Below, piece after piece: positions 52,073-57,407 of a stretch of 57,407 nt of DNA; position 1 is the first letter of the stretch; the number at the start of each line of letters is the position of its first letter. The position numbers and the translations under genes were made by a program. The DNA is from Conidiobolus incongruus B7586 (Eukaryota): assembly GCA_000697335.1 (NCBI GenBank), contig JNEM01007401.1, forward strand, positions 1 through 57,407, read 5' to 3'. Below the pieces are notes generated by a model. The model ran no database searches. It was given only the letters and a program-made list of their open reading frames with translations, and was not told where the DNA came from.

Positions 52073-52601
52073 TTTTCAACTCTCGCTTGTAGTTAATAAG
52101 TTGGCAAAATTCAAAGCTACGGAGATATGAGTATTTTAATGAACCTAATTAATTATCACCCCAAAATCTAAATAAAAAATTACAAAATGTATTTTATAAT
52201 AAACGCACCCAAGCTATATCCAAAAAATATTATTATTAACTGACAAAATGAAAAAATTGAATATTTTATAATATTAAAATGAAAGTAGCTTAAAAAACTA
52301 AGTAAAAATATTAAGTAAATTAAATAAAATGTAGAATGAAAAAATTAAAAAATTAAATTGAATATTGATTTTTTTTTCAACCATTCAAATTAAATCATTG
52401 GATAATTAAAATTTAACAATAGTAAAGATATTCCTTTCATCTACATCATATTACTTCAAGAGGTAATTGTTAAAAAATATTTAATTGGATAAAAGAGAAA
52501 ATTGAAATTATTATATTGTGGAATAAAATTATATTTATAATTCATTGTAATATAAAATGAAATTCTGATTATTTGTAATAATAAAAAATTTTTTCAAAAA
52601 C

Positions 52602-52673
52602 TAGCAGCGAGAGGTTTCGATCCTCCGACCTCGGGGTTATGAGCCCCGCGCGCTTCCTCTGCGCTACGCTGCT
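52602..52673 (-). tRNA. Initiator tRNA-Met (CAT), identical to 37950-38021
   Basis: Exact reverse complement of the first copy, followed by a T5 terminator on the minus strand. Confidence 0.97.
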
Positions 52674-53454
52674 GTACTAACAATTAAAATTTTGTGTAAT
52701 TGTTACGATTTTTCGATTTTAAGTCATTCTGTTAATTACTTATCTGTTCTATGCTCAATATTTTGCCATCACATTTTTATTATTTCATATTAAATTAAAT
52801 TCAATAATTTATCATCATCTTTGTATATTTATTTGTATTCAGATTCACAATTATTATATAAATCGCTTCAATTATTTTCGAACTAAACCATTTTCAAATT
52901 TGAATTCAATATAATCTATTTAAATTTTAACATCTTATTCTCATAATCAATTATGAATATTTTTCAAGGAATATGATGCATTGAACTTTAATAATAATGA
53001 GAAAACAGGCTAATAGAGTATAAGAGATGTTTATTAAAACATATTTTAAAGCTTCATTTATTATTTTTGTATAATCTTTATAAAAAATAACCCAATATTT
53101 CAAAATTATATAATATTATAATTATAAAATGATAATATCAATTTAACAGCTTTTGTTTTATTACAAAATATTATTTTTATATATAAAAAGGAGATGATAT
53201 AATTTACTTGAGCTATTTTGATCTTTTTGTCATACTTTTATTTTATATTTTATTGTTATATAATTTTCAAGTAGTACCTTAATTGATATTTAAGTGTTTA
53301 ACAGTTATAAAACATATTGAAATATTATATAGTGAAATTCATAAAGTCTACAAAATTTTGAAAGTTAAAATATGTATATATATATATTATGATAAAATAG
53401 AAAATAAAAATATTCAAATTATAAATTAATTTAATAAAATGATATTATATATTT

Positions 53455-53547
53455 AAATTTATTATTTAATGATAAAAATATATTCAAATTTATTATTTAA
53501 TGATAAAAATATATTCAAATTTATTATTTAATGATAAAAATATATTC
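53455..53547. repeat. Three perfect tandem copies of a 31-bp unit
   Basis: AAATTTATTATTTAATGATAAAAATATATTC x3. Confidence 0.93.
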
Positions 53548-53561
53548 ACTAATTTCTCGGA

Positions 53562-53632
53562 TGCAATGGCGGGGAATCGAACCCCGGTCTACCGCGTGGC
53601 AGGCGGTAATTATACCACTAAACCACCATTGC
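53562..53632 (-). tRNA. tRNA-Gly (GCC)
   Basis: GCAATGG...CCATTGC-A acceptor stem, D-loop TAGTGGTA, anticodon loop CTGCCAC and T-loop GTTCGATTC. Confidence 0.96.
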
Positions 53633-54352
53633 TTCATTCTCGTCAATCAAATATTTAATCTCTTTCCAAAATCATTAATATTAAATTTTAAGAATTAAAA
53701 TTTTTTTATCAACTTTTATTTATTAATACTATTACTCAAATTTTCAATTATTCATTCATTATTTTTTACCTCTTTGTTGTTTTAATTTATTAACACTTTA
53801 TTAAATTTCAATAAATTTTTCATATATATATTTAAATTATATGATTAATTAAATGTTTTTTAATTTTTAGATACCTTAGCATTAATGATTCATCAATATT
53901 TCAAATTAATAGACTTAAATTAAATATTTCATTCCATTATTTTTTAAAATTTATTTATTTAACAGTTTTTTACTCGCTGTTACTTTATATTTATTAGATA
54001 AATACCTTTGTCTAAGTATGAATATGAAATTGAATAGAATTTAATTAATATTTTATAATAAAATAAAAAGAAATTAAATGATTCAATTTATGATAGATAT
54101 TTACTAAAATTAATTTATATTTAAAAATAAAAATTAAATAATTTATTTCATTCAATTATCTTATATTAAATTGAAAAACCTATATTATTATAAAAAATTT
54201 TGAAAATTAAATTATAAAATAATATTAATAATTTTCAAATTAGCTCTTGACCCATAATTTTTTAAAATTTTATAAAAATAAAAATAAGTCAAAGTAACTC
54301 AATTAAAAATTGGAAAAGTGTGACGTTTATTGCCTAAAAAAAGTTCATAATA

Positions 54353-55654
54353 ATGAAATATAAATTTAATTTAAATTTTAAATCTTTCTACTCAACTAAA
54401 AAATCTCAATTAATTCATTTTAATCAATGGGGAAATCCTATAAAAGTTGTCAAGTAATATAAATTGTATTTTTATAATGTTATGGTGTTAAATGCTGATT
54501 CAGTGTTTTTGAAGAATTAGTTAATGAACCCTCAAAAGATCAAATTCAAGTGAAATTCTTATGTGCCCCCATTAATCCAAGTGATTTGAACCAGATTCAA
54601 GGCGTATATCCAAAGCGTCCAACTTTGAACGACACTTACGGTGCTGTTGGTGGGAACGAAGGTGTTGCTAAAGTTATTCAAGTGGGCGATAGCTTAAAAT
54701 CAAAGTTTCAGGTGGGAGATTGGGTTATTCCAAACCAATCTTGCCTCGGCACTTGGAGAACTATTGGTAATTTTGGAGGGGATCAGCTTGTCAAAGTTCC
54801 TAAAGTGGAGGGAATTGAACCCCCTATGGTTGGAATGTTGAGCGTTAATCCTTGTACTGCTTATAGGATGCTTAAAGATTTTACACATTTGAAACCAGGT
54901 GCAATTTTCTTATTTAATCTGTTTGATTGATTGTATTTATAAATTCAATAGGTGATTGGATCATTCAAAATGGTTCCAATAGTGCCGTTGGTCAATCCGT
55001 CATTCAGTTATGTAGAATTTGGAGTATTAAGACTCTCAACATTGTGAGAGAAAGGTAAATTCAATATATAATAAATATTTATCCCAAATTTAATATTTGA
55101 CTAGAGAAGGAATCAATAAGGTTAAAGAACAATTAAAAGGATTGGGTGCTACAATTGTAGTTACTGACAAAGAGTTCAGATCTTCTGAATTCCAAGAACA
55201 TCTTAAATCTTTGAATGCTTCCATCAGATTGGGATTCAATTGTGTAGGTGGCAAATTGGTTAATGATATGGCCAAAGTACTAGAGTAAGATTCTCTCAGC
55301 TCATGTTTTGTCATATACAACTAATTCCATTTTCTTTTCTTTAGAAATAAGAGCTACCTAGTCACATATGGAGGCATGTCCAGAGAGCCTGTGACATTGG
55401 CAACATCCAACTTAATTTTCAAGCAGATCAACTTTACAGGTTTCTGGATGGCTGAATGGAGTGAACGCGCTAAGTTGGAAGATCGCCAATCTATGTGGGA
55501 GGAACTATTGAAGCTCATGAGCTCTGGACAATTCCAGCTCCCACCCTACGAAATTATCCAATGGGGCGAAGGAGATCAGGAAGTTTTTAACAAAATTAAA
55601 GATTCTTTAGTACTTGGATCAGGTGCCAAAAAGTTAATTCAATTTGATAAATAA
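54353..55654 (+). CDS. MECR: Mitochondrial trans-2-enoyl-ACP/CoA reductase (Etr1/MECR), 5 exons
   Basis: APINPSDLNQIQGVYP, VGGNEGV, VNPCTAYRML.DF, IQNGSNSAVGQSVIQ, GFNCVGG and VTYGGMSREP. The first exon from ATG 54353 resembles a mitochondrial presequence. Confidence 0.94.
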
Positions 55655-55703
55655 ATCAATTCGTGGATATTTACTCTACTATTGTTTTTTTGATGAGTTT
55701 ACA

Positions 55704-55726
55704 ATATATATATATATATATATATA
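55704..55726. repeat. (AT)n microsatellite
   Basis: About 11 AT units just 3' of MECR. Confidence 0.85.
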
Positions 55727-57184
55727 GGATGCTACACTAAATGATGCAGTAAACAACTACAAAGGAATAACATGCAGTTACTATTGATTCATCGATATAA
55801 AAGTTATCATTATTAATTCCAATTGATTTATTTAAAAAAAGGTACTTGAATTTTACTAGTCACATACAGAGTACCCATTTTAAAATAGGAAACTTACGGC
55901 AAAACATAAGCTTGTACATGTAATTTTTAGATGTAAATACAAATTTTCTCAGCACAAAAATTTAGTCAAAATTGTTAATATGTAAGTTGGGGTAAGAATC
56001 AATGTTTTAAAATAAATTAGGTGTTAGATAATATAGATCGAAAAGTGAAACTTGATGATTATCCAAATATTATTTAATTCAGTGATTAGATTTACTATTA
56101 AATCTAATAGCAATATAATCAAATTATTAATTCTTATCAATTACAATATATATTTCAAAATTGTTCATCCATAATAGGCTAATGCCAAAAGAGATAACCA
56201 AACTATAAAATATTCTTCTATTTATTGATATATCAACTTGATAAAATTATTTCAGTAAAAAACCTTTTTGATATAAAACTGATTAATTCATATATATTCA
56301 CTTTATTAGATAGGTTAAAATTGATAATATTTATAAAATCCATATTTTCAAAATATTAATGATATATAATAATCTCATGCAAATATTCAGATCATAACCA
56401 CGAGATCTAAATTGATTTTACAGCATTAAATCACAATCATACTATGCTATTTTTATATTGATAAAATGTTAAACTGCTGATCACTTTATTGTTAAATTTA
56501 AGTTGCATATATTTATCATTTTGTATATCATTCCATAAGAATGGGTAATAATAATGATAATAATAATTTTAAAATGGCAATGATATTTGAAGTTATTAAT
56601 AAATTGTTAATTATATATTGAATTTTATTACAAACTCATATTATCAGAAAATTAACTAGTCCAACCAGAAAACAATCAACTTAATCTCAATTTTTAATAT
56701 CATCTCCTTTTAGTATCCATTTACTAACATTATAAAATCTAAAGTGTACAATATTGAAAATTTATAATATAATATAATATAATATAAGAATAAGTGTCAT
56801 TTTTATATATAATAAATAGATTATCTAATCTCAAATATCAGGTTGAATTAATATTTATTTAAATTTTATTTAACTAAAAATATTAGAATTCGAAACAAAA
56901 ATAAATAAAATTAATTGATAATATATTAATATAAATCATTAAATATTACAACGTTAAAAGTATATATACAATTTTCTCTTTTATATAATTTTTTATTATT
57001 GAAATTTTTAAATTATTTTCAATTAACTATTCATTGTTATATTTAAAACAGATAAATTTCTTAGAATAAAGGATATATTATATACAGTATTTAAAGTAAT
57101 AAACTCAAGTTTTTATAATATTAAAAGTATAATTTAAACATATATAATATTTTGTTAAAAAAGTTTAAAGTGAAAATTGATTTA

Positions 57185-57208
57185 AATAATAATAATAATA
57201 ATAATAAT
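57185..57208. repeat. (AAT)n microsatellite
   Basis: About 8 AAT units. Confidence 0.85.
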
Positions 57209-57407
57209 AGCTAATTTTAAATTAATAGAATTATATTTTTAAATTATTAAAATAATTGAATATTATAAAAATTTAATATTAATGAGAGAAAAAACTCAGT
57301 AAATATACTTTATAATATTATTATTAATAATTTATTAGTTTTATACTTATTTAATTGATAAAATCTTGTTTTTAATAATAATAATATTTTATATAATTTT
57401 ATAAATT

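Noticed and set aside
53455..53547. CRISPR-like 31-bp repeats
   Set aside because: Units are directly adjacent with no spacers, there are no cas genes, and the context is eukaryotic.

Overview
Eukaryotic, very AT-rich fungal DNA with short GT-AG introns. The gene set and composition suggest an early-diverging fungus, possibly Entomophthoromycotina or Conidiobolus-like (inference). About 14 protein genes are supported: a secreted BBE/AA7-like FAD oxidase, a Gds1-winged-helix plus APSES protein, Mex67, a CLASP/Stu1-like protein, Set1, a SulP transporter, LTA4H, a hypothetical protein, glutaryl-CoA dehydrogenase, a six-exon LARP7-like gene the ORF track largely misses, a small basic protein, UGGT, a TBC Rab-GAP and MECR/Etr1. 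There are also two identical initiator tRNA-Met genes, one mutated copy and a tRNA-Gly(GCC). The most striking signal is in apparently featureless AT-rich DNA at 14565-15882. It is a full-length DD34D mariner with TIRs and TA target duplication, whose transposase stays in one frame for about 340 codons but is saturated with C>T/G>A changes (20 TAA/TAG stops). A Tc1/IS630 relic, a tRNA pseudogene and a duplicated gene fragment show the same directional changes, suggesting a RIP-like repeat-hypermutation process. A 3-nt microexon in LTA4H is also evident. All alignments and counts were done by eye.
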